DNA of 64,000 nt from Phoronis australis. Lineage: Eukaryota; Animalia; Phoronida. Made by a program: the position numbers and the translations under genes. Location: NCBI GenBank assembly GCA_002633005.1, contig NMRA01000178.1, forward strand, positions 69,395 to 133,394, in the 5' to 3' direction. Shown here one piece after another: positions 13,201-33,872 of the stretch. Position 1 is the stretch's first letter, and each line of letters starts with the position of its first letter. The notes beneath the pieces are model-generated. The model was not told where the DNA came from and searched no databases. It was given only the letters and a program-made list of their open reading frames with translations.

Positions 13201-15451
13201 AGGCCAGAAACAATGATCTGCAGATTGCAATCTGTAGCTGCGGTGTGTTTCGGACACAACCTGCACATATGACAAATTCAAATTTGTACATGCCAATAGA
13301 AATAAAAAGTTGACAGGTGAGATTATACTGACACTCTTTTGCGTTTACACCTTTAGAGCATGAAGACACAGAAGCGGGAGAAGTTGATGAGACAGTAGCG
13401 GGTGAGTGGAATGAACAGCAGAAAATCACGTGCGTGACGAAAATGAGCCACAACACATCACGTGCATGTGTTGTCCTCCAGCAACTGTTTTCCTGTCACC
13501 AATCAGTCAAGCTAAAACTTCAACTAGGATACTTAAGGATTTGTTTGATCCTCCCCAGCACTCATAACCACGAGATGAGGAAGAAAGGCTGTAGAGCCCA
13601 GTGCAATCGTTGATATCAATACACCCTTTTCACTTTTTTATGGTAGAGGACAACTTTCCTGGTAAAAGCGTCACTGCTCTAATACTTTTGATGTCGTTAT
13701 CACATCGACATAGGTCTATCAAATAACAAAGACAAGCAAAATGATCAAGGGCAAATCGATATTTCACAGTAGTTCGGTTGCAAAAAAGTGACCACTTACC
13801 GTTATGACATTGGTCTCGACTTGTTCCTTTGTCAAATTGAACATGATCTCAGGGCTTCGGAAGAACTAAAAGTTAATTATTGGTTGATAACTGACAATGT
13901 CATTTGAAGCGCCGAGCAAGGCCACGGTCACACATATAACGAACAGCAAACCCAGAAGCCACCTTGACTTCTCGCCTGAGTAATATAAGAAACAAATCAA
14001 GACCAATTTTATAGTGGTAAGTGGTTCAGATCAAAACTTCACTTCTCTGTTGAACGTGGGGTTTACAGTAGCCTTTACTGAGATAGTTTTACACACTTTA
14101 CAGGTGCTGTTCAATCAGAGCCACATGGGCAGCCGGTTGGTAAAACCGAAAAACTCACTCACGCAACTATAGCAATGACTCCACGGACTGGTCCAACGGA
14201 GAAGGTAAACTAACCATTTTAACGTTTTAACACGTAGTGTATTGCTTAACATTTTAGTCGTTGGCAGAAACGCTATAGCTAAGTTCTATCGTAAGTTCAC
14301 GACGCATAGCATGACAAAGTCCAGTGAATGGGCCACTTTACGGAATGGATAAGTTCTTACATGTTAATCAGGCTAGCAGTTCCATCTAATCAGGGTTCGA
14401 GAACAAGTTAACGCAACGATTGTTACGTTCCTTCCCAGACCGAAGTATCTTGAGTAATGCCAAACAATAGTCCGCCACCTTTAGCCTACTAACATTGGTT
14501 GCTGAGAAGGAACTTGCAATGGAGATCGACGATATGTGGGGAACGAACAAGAAATTAATGTAACATATAGCAGACTTGACGATCATCTGAAAATACAACT
14601 GAGTTTGTTTAATAGTATTTAATGTGAATTAATAACAAAACCTGGAGAAATGAGGACGAAAACACACGTGACTTACGGAAATGCCTCGTCGACATCCCAA
14701 GACATGTTTTCATTTCTAATGGTAAACCATCACTGGACGCAAAGAATGCAAATTAAATGCAATCAAATTACATGGGCGGTGCACCATGGGGCCTGGGGAG
14801 GTTGCGCCGCCCATAGTCTAAGGGCGATGCACCAGAGGAGGATTGGGGGGCTTTAGCCTCCCACTTTTTAGTGTTGCGCCTCCCATGAACTACTAGGAGG
14901 TATCCTTTGAATCATCATATGAGCTATGAAATTATTCCCGTACATCTAGTCGTGTCCATGAACAAAGGCAAAACAACTACATGTACCTGTGGTATGGCAC
15001 AGCTGTTCAGCGGCATCTGTGAATGACACAGTAACTAAGGTGGGCGTGGCCTGACTGTATTTGTCGAAGCTATCCACTATTTGCATCGATGGTAATATCT
15101 CCAACAACTCACCCAGTTGCTTTGCAAGTAAATTCATTAGAGATTTTTAACGCAATTACTCGAATAACTGTTCAGAGTGAAACGTTATCAAATATCTTGT
15201 TCCCATAGTTGGTCATCACACCGGCGCCAAACCAAGGTCACCCAATGGAATGTGACGTTAAAGTCAGCTGGAGAATAGAAAGCTTTCGAAAGGTCTTCGA
15301 TTGTTTGGCAATATGTTCTGGTGCCACTGCCAAGGTGCCGGGATGTCAAAGTGAAGCTGAAGCCGTGGAACACGCCATGAAAAAAATAACACCTTTACTC
15401 CTTGGGTCAGGGGTTAACGTTCAGTACGGAGACAAAACGTGGACGACTTAA
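10229..15451 (+). CDS. DED + ALF-like domain protein, paralog 2 (complete, 224 aa, no signal peptide)
   Basis: Coding exons 10229-10338, 12466-12641, 13357-13401, 14104-14204 and 15209-15451 (675 nt, GT-AG, open frame). N-terminus MNEDKVELHYQIFELIEDEVDTEDFERLKAASGRWIKSATLQKITTIRDLLRQFDKQAIIGLGNYDKLINLLDKLRLNKLKDDVEK fits the DED helix pattern. An acidic linker follows, then CDVKVSWRIESFRKVFDCLAIC...AVEHAMKKI. An acceptor at 10211 implies an upstream non-coding exon. Confidence 0.88.
10424..11218. mobile_element. About 790-bp non-autonomous DNA transposon in intron 1 of DED-ALF paralog 2 (spans the N gap)
   Basis: Ends CAGTGGCGGATCTAGG / CCTAAATCCGCCTATG, flanks ACAAG/ACACG (imperfect 5-bp TSD). 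Inverted homolog of 35847-36628. Confidence 0.75.
10733..11190. other. Assembly gap (N run)
   Basis: 458 consecutive n. Confidence 1.
14771..14887. mobile_element. Small CATGGG...CCCATG MITE present only in the last intron of paralog 2
   Basis: Absent at the homologous site of paralog 1 (caatcaaactacg, about 3640). Flanks AATTA/AACTA. Confidence 0.65.
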
Positions 15452-16863
15452 GAACACCTAGTTGACAGTATTAGTCTCTGCATAAGAAGTTTGTATATTT
15501 TCAAGATGATCATATTGTCCAAAGTGTTGATTGTCTGCCTCCTGTTTACAAGGTCTTGGGTTCAAACCCCACTGGACCCCACTGCTAGACCCTTGAATCA
15601 TGTCTCTAGCCGTCCTCAGCTCGCTTTTAATATATATGTTGTATCATGAAGACAGTATGTCAGGTGTTTCGTACAATGAGGGGTCTGCGTATGTCTGATG
15701 CAATGTCCATCAGATAACCTGTGCTATTTTTTAACATTTTTTATTTCATAGAAAACAAAATAGAAATTAACATAAAAGAAAAAAATTAACTGCTTAACTT
15801 TTTGTGGTATTCAAAGTCCCGAAAAAAAAGTTTTTACTTACACGGGCGAAGGAAAATTAGCAAACCTTAAGTCGTTAAACCTAATCTGTTTTCATTACTT
15901 TAATTAGAGGTTGTTTTCCAGTAACTTGACGAAAAGGTCACGTCTTGCCAGGATGCATTTGTTTACGCAGGTGTAACAGAGAAACTAATTCGGTGACTCC
16001 CATATTTTTGAAAATGCGTAGGTTCTAAGGACGAAAACACAAACACTGATTTTTTGTAAAATATACGTTAAATGAAAGCTGTGCGAACAACCTTAATTAC
16101 AATCACAAATAAGAACAATAAAAATTACGTCCTTTATTGACCAATTCGGACCCGGCCATACAGTTTCGTCTGCTTGTGTGGAAAAGTCTCGTGCATCTGA
16201 TCTCGGCCAGGGAACTAGGAGCTGGCTACTCTTTTCTCCTGTAGTGTACTAGGACCAAAGCCGCGCGGAAGCAGGTCCTCGACTCGTATTTTTTCCCACG
16301 AACGATCTGGTTTGGTCATATAGAGATCCCAGTCGAACCCAAACTGAAGAGAACATTAATAGTACATGTATAAACACATATTATTTAAACAATGTTATAT
16401 ATGAAATGAAGTCTAGCAAATACATGTAAATTCCACTAATGATACAAATATATGTAACTTCATTAAGTAACGTTTCGGTGAAATCCTCAATCATTTTCAG
16501 AAAATTGCTGACCACATTCCGGGCTATCCTATTCAAAATACATAGGGTATAATAAAACATAAACCTGTGTTTGCTTATACAGGCCAAATGGGACAGTTGC
16601 ATAACTAAGAACAAGGTTCACAAAGAACTACTTTCACTGACCCTGTACGTCAATTTCAAAATACCCATTGTGTGTGAACGACACGGATGATTTAAAGCAC
16701 TTTGCAAAATTCTAAGCCACTATCGGACTAGTTGCCTACCCCCTCCAAGTCCACAATGAGTATTTTTATCCTTTATGGTTGACTGGCCTGGATTTTTTTA
16801 TAAAATTTACAGTCGAATGGTCCAGAAAAACTTTGCAATTAAAAGCAAATTAGAAAACGAAAA

Positions 16864-17671
16864 TGTCAGAATATAGTCTGACAGTATTTTTAGTTGTATT
16901 ATTTTGTTTTGTTATTCTGTTTGATTGGCATGACCCCTGAGTTAAGTACAGTGATGATCTAATTTGTTTACTAGAAAATAGTGTGGAACTTTCTAGAAGA
17001 CTGAGGTCAGAATAGTGATGATGTAATTTGTTTACTGCAGTATAGTGTGGAACTTTCTAGAAGACTCTAACATGACAGTGATTAATACAGTCTAGAATAT
17101 TCTAGAGACTAGTACCTGTTTGTAGAATGATTGGGTAGGTTCCAGAAAGTTCTGGTATGTGCTTGAATTGATGAAAAGTTCTAGAACAATGCAGTAGGCT
17201 ATAAATACACAAGCACGGGTTTGTGTAAGTCAGTTGAGTCCAAGGAGATCAAGTCGGGAGCTTAAGTCAGTTGAGTCCAAGAAGATCAAGTCGGGAGATC
17301 AAGTGAGATCAAGTCAGTTCAAGTAAGTTAATCAGGAGAACTACAGTTGAGTTGCAGTGAAGAGAATCAGCAGCTAGTTACAGCGATAGTCAATAGAGAG
17401 CCAGCTATAGAGACAGCAGGTTATTGAATCAACGAGTGTAACAGTTGCTGGAAGTATCTCAGAAGTTCATCACAAGTCAAGGCTTCGCAGCACTGGCTGG
17501 AGCATAAACAGACATTACGTCGGACGTTTTGTTTGAGTAGGCTTGTGAACGTACGGTCGGGATTAATAAAGGATTAACTCGAACCAATCTTCAGTCAATC
17601 TTCGCACCGAAAGCTATTAGCACCGGTCTGTAACAACCTGCGCCCACCCACACACGGGGAAAAACGTTACA
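16864..17671 (+). mobile_element. Solo LTR (808 bp)
   Basis: TG...CA ends with a perfect 5-bp TSD GAAAA (16859-16863 / 17672-17676). TATAAATA near 17200, AATAAA near 17565, internal GATCAAGTC repeats. Confidence 0.85.
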
Positions 17672-18348
17672 GAAAACATCAGATACTCGTGCCTAGATAC
17701 ACATGTAGCAGTGAAGATGCTTCTTTGAGTAGAATCCCAAACGTGCAAGGCTATACTTACCTCGCCTAGACATTGCCGACAGGCTCCACACGGACCTTGA
17801 AAAAACGGCAGGTCACTGCGAGAACAGAATTATTCAAATTACAAAAACATAATTTCTTGCAGTGCAGTTAGCTTCATCTACGTTCCCAGTAGAAAGCAAA
17901 GTCTAAATTCAAAACAAACCCCTTCCTCATTGGTAACAACTTGGTAAGCTGATGCTTAAAGATGTATTTCGACCCCTTTAGTCAACTAAAACACTAAAAT
18001 AGAACCATTAGCTGTTTAATCTCTTAAATCGGAGAGACTCTATTTCGGATTCCAAATCAAGTCATTGCCAATACCTACATTTTCCATTTTTGATTTGCAA
18101 TTTTAAGGTTGGCCAACAATCTTAATAGATTCTGAAGCGTTTGTTTTCTTGAGTCTCTGATGGTTTTGATGTTCCTGTTGGTAGTGAAGCATTATGGGGG
18201 AATTGCAGCTTTAAGGTTTTGCACATTTGTTCTATGTCATTTAGTAAATAAATGCATTTTCATTACTTTTTATTACTAGTATTGCATTAATTTGCACCAC
18301 TTATATTTTTAATTTTAAATGGAGACGGTAATTTTTTCTTTAGTCTCA

Positions 18349-18525
<177 letters not shown>

Positions 18526-20036
18526 TTAGTGTTGGCCGTCCATGAAACCGCCTAATCGCTGCAGACTTTACGGTGTTCCCATAGTGTATTCCCATCATTG
18601 TGAGAGAGGGGTTAGGGAGGCAGGCAAGGGGCTGAGCTTTGAGCGAGCTAGCGGGCGGGCAGGCACGCAGGCAATGATGGAGGGAGGGAGGGAAGGAGAA
18701 AGGAAAGGAAGGATCATTTACATAACCGTAATACAGCGCCCCCTACCCGCAATGTGGTGTAATGCGCTCAGTTGCTTCCGCCGCAATAGAAGTAGACTTA
18801 CACCTGTTATTTTGCAGATATTTTTGTTGATGTTTGTTTTTAACTAGCAGGGCTTTCATTAAAACGAGTAATTGTGTACGTGGACCGACTAGCTACTGAA
18901 CTTCAGGTGATTTACCTGTAAAGATGGAGCCATCTTCGCAAAGAACTGCAGCTCCAACTGGAAAGTTGCTGTATGGGCAGTAAGCCTTCGTCTTTACCAA
19001 AAATGCCGCATCGATTAGTTCTTTAATCTGGTCAGCTGAAATAGGGGAATAGTTTCAATCAGTTATCGAGCTCAGTCATGGAATACCAAAATAAAGAATG
19101 AGAAGAGCTACGACACAGTACATGATTTAATGTTTTTTTCCTATAAACATCTCAAAACGGCCAATGGGAATAATGAAAGTTATAACGTGACACCGTGACG
19201 CTAATCCTATCGAGGAGAGGCGGTTTCGGGGGGGTGTAACTTTGACTGATTGATTGATTGATTGATTGACTGATTTACTTAAAACAACGACGGTACACAA
19301 AATAATGCAATACGTAATAAAACTGTAGAACATGCTAAGACATACATTAAGACAGATAACACCAATGTAAAAGTAAAACGTAAATTAAGAAGGACAATTT
19401 TTGTAAATATGGCACGAAAACGTTAAAATTCAACAATAAATAGATGCATCGATATAAATTAATATAGTTACGAATAAATTCATATGTGAATACATGTATA
19501 AATAGTTATACAAATAAAACTTTATAAGTACAAACATAACTAATTAGTTGAGTGAACAAATACCTAAATAAATAAATAAATAAGTACAGATAAGGTAAAT
19601 AGAGAATACTGAACAGCAGTCAAATGATGGATTTAAAAATATAAAAAGATGCCTGATTCCTCACTTTCGAGTTTACGATGTAAAATTTTTTGCACGTGGT
19701 ATTGGAGTTCGAAGAAGATTCTATTTCTGGTAAGTTATTTGGTAGAATGTTCCGTTGTTTGACACTGGTGTGCAAAAGGAGCAGAGCTGGCAATTTTTTT
19801 TTTCACAAGTGCAACTGAAGAAGATGAACCATTGTAGGTATTATAGCTACGGGATCTACGGATAGCAATGGAACCAAGGTATGAGGGACAAGCATTGTAA
19901 AAGATATTGTGTATCAGACGTGATTTCAAAAGATCAACTTTGTATTCGCCAGGTGGTGTCTTTACATTGGAAAACTCTTCCGAACCACTTACACTATATG
20001 GTGGCTTAAAGATAAGTCGACTTAGTAGCAGCGTTG

Positions 20037-20547
20037 TGTTGTGGACTGTCTCGGTCCGTCAATGAGATGGTTGTATTCAGTAACTAAGTGTGGAACACTC
20101 AATTACACTAGTAAAGCAACTGGCAGTAGCAAGATGAGGACTGTCTTTATTAGACAAGTGAACCGATTTATATACAAGTTACAAATATGTAGGTTGCATG
20201 CACTAAACTTTATGATTCAATATCCTACAGGAAAATAACAGGAAGCAACTATAAGAACTTTCAGAACAATCATCTGAACTACTCTGTTGTGTTTGCCATA
20301 TATGGTAATGGTCAGCTGTCTTTAGGCAATGTTTCTGTGAATGACCATTACGCAATCTTGTTTATTACAGAGATCATCAAAACATGTGTAAATGCACCGC
20401 ATGGGTTGGTCGCTGACTCAGCCCACAGCCAAAACAAGTTTCTATAAACACAAACAATTAGCTAGCAAAGAAATAATATCAATAAGTAATAACACTATCA
20501 AACTAACTAATTATATATGTATCATGAATGTCACAGATTTCATGACA
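20037..20547 (-). mobile_element. LTR-like insert bracketed by a 51-bp direct repeat
   Basis: Minus strand reads TGTCATGA...CACAACA with an AATAAA near its 3' end. Identical 51-mers lie at 19969-20019 and 20548-20598. Confidence 0.45.
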
Positions 20548-23500
20548 GGAAAACTCTTCCGAACCACTTACACTATATGGTGGCTTAAAGATAAGTCGGG
20601 CGAATTCATTTTGACATCCGCTCAATATTTTTTTATTTAGTTCGGCAAAGCCCAAGCAAGGAAAGAAAAAGATTGGGCAAAAATAAATTATCAAAAATAC
20701 TCGTTTGTGGGTTTTCTTGCTAGAGTTATTCAATGTTCAGGTCATTTTTTCTCCATAATGGAATAATTTCACGTGAGCCTGTGCGTAAAAATAAAATAGA
20801 TATTTAATACATATTTTTATTGAAACACGAAACGTAAATTAGAGTTAGACACATTTTCCCTCCCCTCCCCTCCCACCTCCCCCGTCCCCTCCCCCCCCCT
20901 CCCCCCCCTTCTTTTAAGTGCGATCACAACATTCGCTTTTAGCTACAAGTCGACTCTGGAGAATTATCTTGCTCCGCACAGTCGTTGCCGCGTTAGATAT
21001 TACGCGTCTGGACCCCTACGCAGGAGCTGTATATTGCGGGCACGCTTCGCTTGAATTTGTCAGGCTACGACAGTTGACAGGAATGGCGGCAAGTGAGATC
21101 ACTGTGTGGTAGTTGCTTAGCGATGGGAGAGGGCAGGGGGCAGCTGCCCAGAGCACCATCAGTGAACGGGCCCTTGTGCGCTGGCAGACTTCAAATACAC
21201 AAAGTTTTTCTTTCGTGAAGAGTGAATATCACTTGAGCGCACCCTCCCCAGTCGACAGTTTCGTCCTTCCCCCGGTCCTCACAGTCTTTCACTCCACTAG
21301 TTGTCCCGAGATCAGACATGTCTCGCTCGTTAGTTAAGCTTATATTAACTCAACGTGCGCTAGATCCTCTACAATCAAACATCCTTGTCCGCGCTCGGTT
21401 CGGTCCTTTCCCGCGGACATATTAGATTTCATTGGTTAAATATATTTCCGTGAGCATATGGGCTCGTACTTCTCATCTGACCCTTGTGTGCTCCACTTAG
21501 ATCATTCCTCAGTGATGTTATTTCATCATACCCATGACGTCACATCCTGGCCCTCCCATTGGCGTCTGTGTCACTGCTCCAGGCGAATGACACGACCATT
21601 CAGTATTTCAATTAGCTGTGTTTTTTCTTACCTTAGTATTGCTCCGTCTTGGATAAACGTCAGTTTTTAGCGTCACTTACATAGCTGTTAAAGCCGGTAA
21701 AAATCATTTTTTTTGTATTCATTTAACCTGCTGAACAACCTCTACTACCAAACAATCTTTTACCTTTTTTTGTACTGAGCTTTGAAAATTGCTTTGACTT
21801 CCCCATTTTTATTCATTACACCATAGGTAGTGGATTTCCTATATGCTTCATTTAACGTGAAAATAACCGACCATTTTAGGCAACCGTCCTTTTTATCTCA
21901 GGAAACGAAGCTTCGCTGACGCACAGACTTTGTTCATTTTGGGACGGTAGAACATAAATTTCATTGCTCGCGGAGTGGCAAATCCCGCTCCCGCACATTA
22001 TCCCCTACTCACTCAGTCACTTCGTGGACGAACTCGTCGACCGAGCAGCTGGATTGACTGTGTCCGATTTTCCTCACTAAATTATGAAATCAAATAGAAA
22101 TAAACATTCTCCAACTACATACTGTGAATGTCACCCATTTTATTAATTTTTATTGCAGAAATCAACGATACTTCTTGAATACTCGTATTCAGTGGATCAT
22201 GGCATACGAGAACAACTGATAGTTGATGATTTTTTATTGACACATGAAAGGTAAATAGCCGTGATATGATTCTGTTTAAGACGAAGATAGAAAACCGGCG
22301 GTAACGTAGATTTTCACGGCCTTTTGCTAGTAGAGTTTGTATCAGGCCATGCAAATTGCCCTCTAGAAGGAGCGAACGGCGTCCGAGGGTACAGATTAGC
22401 TTTCGTGGGCAGAAAATAGTGAGCGGGAACAGAATCGTCCACCAGCAAGCAAAGAAATAAATTATGTTCGCGTACGGGAAGTGGTCCGGGAGGGGGTTAT
22501 GCGTCCGAGAAAGGGAGATAACCTGCGAGAGATGATTTTCTGTGCGGCAATCCCGAGCACCACAGAAGTCTAGCTACCTTGCATTAAATGTCTGTTGAGG
22601 GGTCATTTGCAGCACATAATTCTCTGATCACTTTTAGTGACTGGGGCTATATTTCTCATTTTCGCTATAAGGCTTTTTATAAACATACTGAAGAACAAGC
22701 AAGCCACTTCATATGCAGATTCACACAATTGTAACCTTTTCCGTTCACATCACTAAGAGGCCTTTTAGGCATGCGCTATACCAGTCGGTTCCTACATTTC
22801 CGCTCAGCGTACATTTTATTATTAAAATATCATACAATACACATATATGTACATAACTTAGTGATACACCGGTATTTGATCACGTGATGATGAGGTTATG
22901 TTATTGTTCATGAACGATTTTCAACACCAAACATCAGCTAACACAATACATATAACACAACTACAAATAATAATTTTAAAATGAAATTGTTTCAAACCAA
23001 CAGAAAATATACTTCAAACTAAAGGTTAAAATGCGTTCAAAATAGCAAAAAAGCAAATAAATAAAACCCATCACAAAATTAATGCATTTACAACACATTT
23101 TTGCAACTATGCATGGTAAACATCTTAAAGGTCTCAGTAAAACCAAGTTGTGGATTGAGGTAAAACTGTGTTTCAGTTCATACACTAGTTTGTGTAAAAA
23201 GGGTCCATAAAGTACCTTAAAATAGGTTGAGATCCTGAGTTATAAGACATCCTCCACTGCTTGTCTCATAATTTACCAAATGCCCCATCATTTCAACTTC
23301 AAAAAATAGTCATCTTTTCTGACTAGAGCTCAACAAATAAAACTTTAATAGGATAAAACCTGGAAAAGAACTTACAATATCATTTCCAATACAGTCAAAA
23401 ATGTTTCATACCTAGATGTCGCAGGTGCTTGCATTGCGGTATTAAATTGTTTTGGTAAAACATAACTCGTGAAAACCTACCAGTTGCTCTTCGTGACCTC

Positions 23501-24201
23501 TTCCAATTTGTGACATAATATTAAGAAATCAATGCCTCCACAACAAATGTAAAATCCCCGCCACCACTTTTCTACTTAAGTGACAAGTCACAACTTTCCA
23601 AACTCCAAGTTCTCACAAACTAATATTATTCGTTGCCTAGAAACAGCAACAGTGACAGTACAATCTATGTTCGCAAAACTGGATTCCCATAATTAGCATA
23701 TAAGATGGGACAAATCAATGAGGACCCGGGGGTCTAATCTTGGTACTGAAATCAAACTCAAAATCATTTTTACATTCTGTTTTAATTTGTGGGAGCTCAA
23801 GGTAGGTGTCCATTATTCTGTGCACGGGGATCCTGTGATTTACCTGGACGACTGTCTAATCCTAACTGGACTTTAATATAAATGCTCTACGTTTGAGCAT
23901 GGACTCGAAATTTCAAGTTTTTACTCACAATCTCAAGATCATAGAAATCATTAAGTGCAAGCTTGGACTAGACATAAACCATCAAAAACAATAAAATACT
24001 CGAGCACACGACGGACACTTACCTTGAATTTCTAGCAGCCCTAAGATGTCAAATATAGTTTCAAGTTCACACCGGCTCAGAATTATAAGTTAAATCACAG
24101 ATTCTTAATGTGCAAAACTGTCACAAAATATCACCATGCAAAATAAAGTTGGAAATAAACTAGTGTTTCCTCACAGTAAAAAGCTTTAAAGAGGTCAATG
24201 T

Positions 24202-24390
24202 TTAGGAATCCACTGTTTGTATATCGTCACTAATCTTCTGTTGTACTGTTTTCACGTTGTTGTTGCCTGACATAATCTTTTCTTCCTGAAGACTGTCTGG
24301 AGTGAAGGCCAGGGGCAATAACTCCGAAACTTTCATCTTGTGAAATGAGTGGTCAGGTCTTGTCATGTACACCATCCAGTCAACACCAAA
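24202..24390 (-). CDS. Second copy of the terminal cytidine deaminase exon (likely allelic/assembly duplicate)
   Basis: Encodes the same peptide (FGVDWMVYMTRPDHSF...IQTVDS*) as 26176-26364, with an intact acceptor. Confidence 0.5.
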   Translation of the reverse strand, partial: FGVDWMVYMTRPDHSFHKMKVSELLPLAFTPDSLQEEKIMSGNNNVKTVQQKISDDIQTVDS

Positions 24391-26175
24391 CTGCAATATA
24401 TAAATATACAAGGCAATGAACACCTAAAGAGGCGCAAAGGCTATACTAACTGCCAGAACAATTGAGACTATTGTCGACCACTTGTAATCCAAACTAGGCC
24501 CTAAAGAATCAGGAAATGAACTTAAAGTGGAGCTTATATGCTGTGATTGCTTGGAAAAATTAGTAAGAAACAAAACATACATGCATAGCCATGATGTGAA
24601 TATGAAGTAGGTTCGATAATTGCCTAATATTTTTAAGAACAAGTTTTTTGTGTCGGAAATTATCCGCTCCGCCGCAAATCACTCAACGCTGGTTCCTAGC
24701 TCAACGGTATACAGTAAGTATCGCGACGTGGTGCTGGGGAAAAACAGTGCATGATGCGGGTTACGTGCCCTGTAAAACATATCTATGGATGTTGTGAGGA
24801 GTGGGTGGGATTATATGCATTTGTACAAGCCTATGTGCGGCTTGTTTGGTGTAGACATTTCCATGGTACATGTGCGTGAATGGTCAAAACTAAAACCAGC
24901 AAGCGATCTTCTATTTTTGGTTATGGTGACGGGCACAGTCACATGGAATTTTGTTTTTGTTTTGTTTTGTTTTGTTTTTTAAAAGTTTTATCTCATGCAT
25001 CAAGATTTATTATCTTAACTACATGTTTTAACATTTGGTTTAAGTTTTTTAATTGTATTATGTCCTATTACCAGTATGGTATTGTGTAGTATTTGTTGTA
25101 TTATATCATTGTATCATGTTCTATTGCATGTATTGTATTGTGCAGTATTACAAATGTTGTGCTTCCTACTATACTCATGACGTCATCCTGGAAAGAAGTG
25201 TTATCGCTGAAGAGTTCACCTCATGTTAAAAATAACAATAAATAAATAGAAATAAAAATAAAACAAAATACATGACAACGTAAGTGCATGAGAAGCTGCT
25301 CTTACCAAAAAATAACTCCAGGCTGANAACTTTAATAGGCTAAAACCTGGATAAGAACTTACAATATCATTTCCAATACAGTCAAAAATGTTTCATACCT
25401 AGATGTCGCAGGTGCTTGCATTGGATATTAAATTGTTTTGGTAAAACATAACTTGTGAAAACCTACCAGTAGCTCTTCGTGATCTCTCTTAATTTGTGAC
25501 TTAATATTAAGAAATCAATGCCTCCACAACAAATGTAAAATCCCCGCCACCACTTTTCTACTTAAGTGATAAGTCACAACTTTCCAAACTCCAAGTTCTC
25601 ACAAACTAATATTATTCGTTGCCTAGAAACAGCAACAGTGACAGTACAATCTATGGATTCCCATAATTAGCATATAAGATGGGACAGATCAATGAGGTCC
25701 CGAGGGTCTAATCTTGGTACTGAAATCAAACTCAAAATCATTTTTTACATTCTGTTTTAATTTGTGGGAGCTCAAGGTAGGTGTCCATTATTCTGTGCAT
25801 GGGGATCCTATGATTTACCTGGAAGACTGTCTAATCCTAACTGGACCTTAATATAAATGCTCTACGTTTGAGCCTGGACTCGAAATTTCAAGTTTTTACT
25901 CAAAATCTCAAGATCATAGAAGTCAATAAGTGCAAGCTTGGACTTGACGTAAACGAGCAAAAACAATAAAATACTCGAGCACACGACGGACACTTACCTT
26001 GAATTTCCAGCAGCCCTAAGATGTCAAATATATTTTCAAGTTCACACCAGCTCAGAATTATAAGTTAAATCACAGATTCTTAATGCGCAAAATTATAACA
26101 AAACATCACCATGAAAATAAAGTTGGAAATAAACTAGTGTTTCCTTACAGTAAAAAGCTTTAAAGAGGTCAATGT

Positions 26176-33690
<7,515 letters not shown>

Positions 33691-33754
33691 GGTCATTGAT
33701 TTATCTTCTAGTTGCCTTCTCAATCCAACGGCAGCGAACACTTCGTAATGTTTT

Positions 33755-33872
33755 GATCGACGTCAGTGTTTACGATATATAGTGGCCTACTTCATGACGC
33801 AATACACGTTCTGGCGAATAAACTAGACTGATTTCGGACACGCCTACTTCTTCTGAATATTGTCCAATCAAT
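33755..33872 (-). promoter_or_regulatory. Putative CDA proximal promoter
   Basis: Just upstream of the ATG: GACGTCA (about 33760), TGACGCAA (about 33795) and CCAATCA (33864-33870). Motif matches only. Confidence 0.35.
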
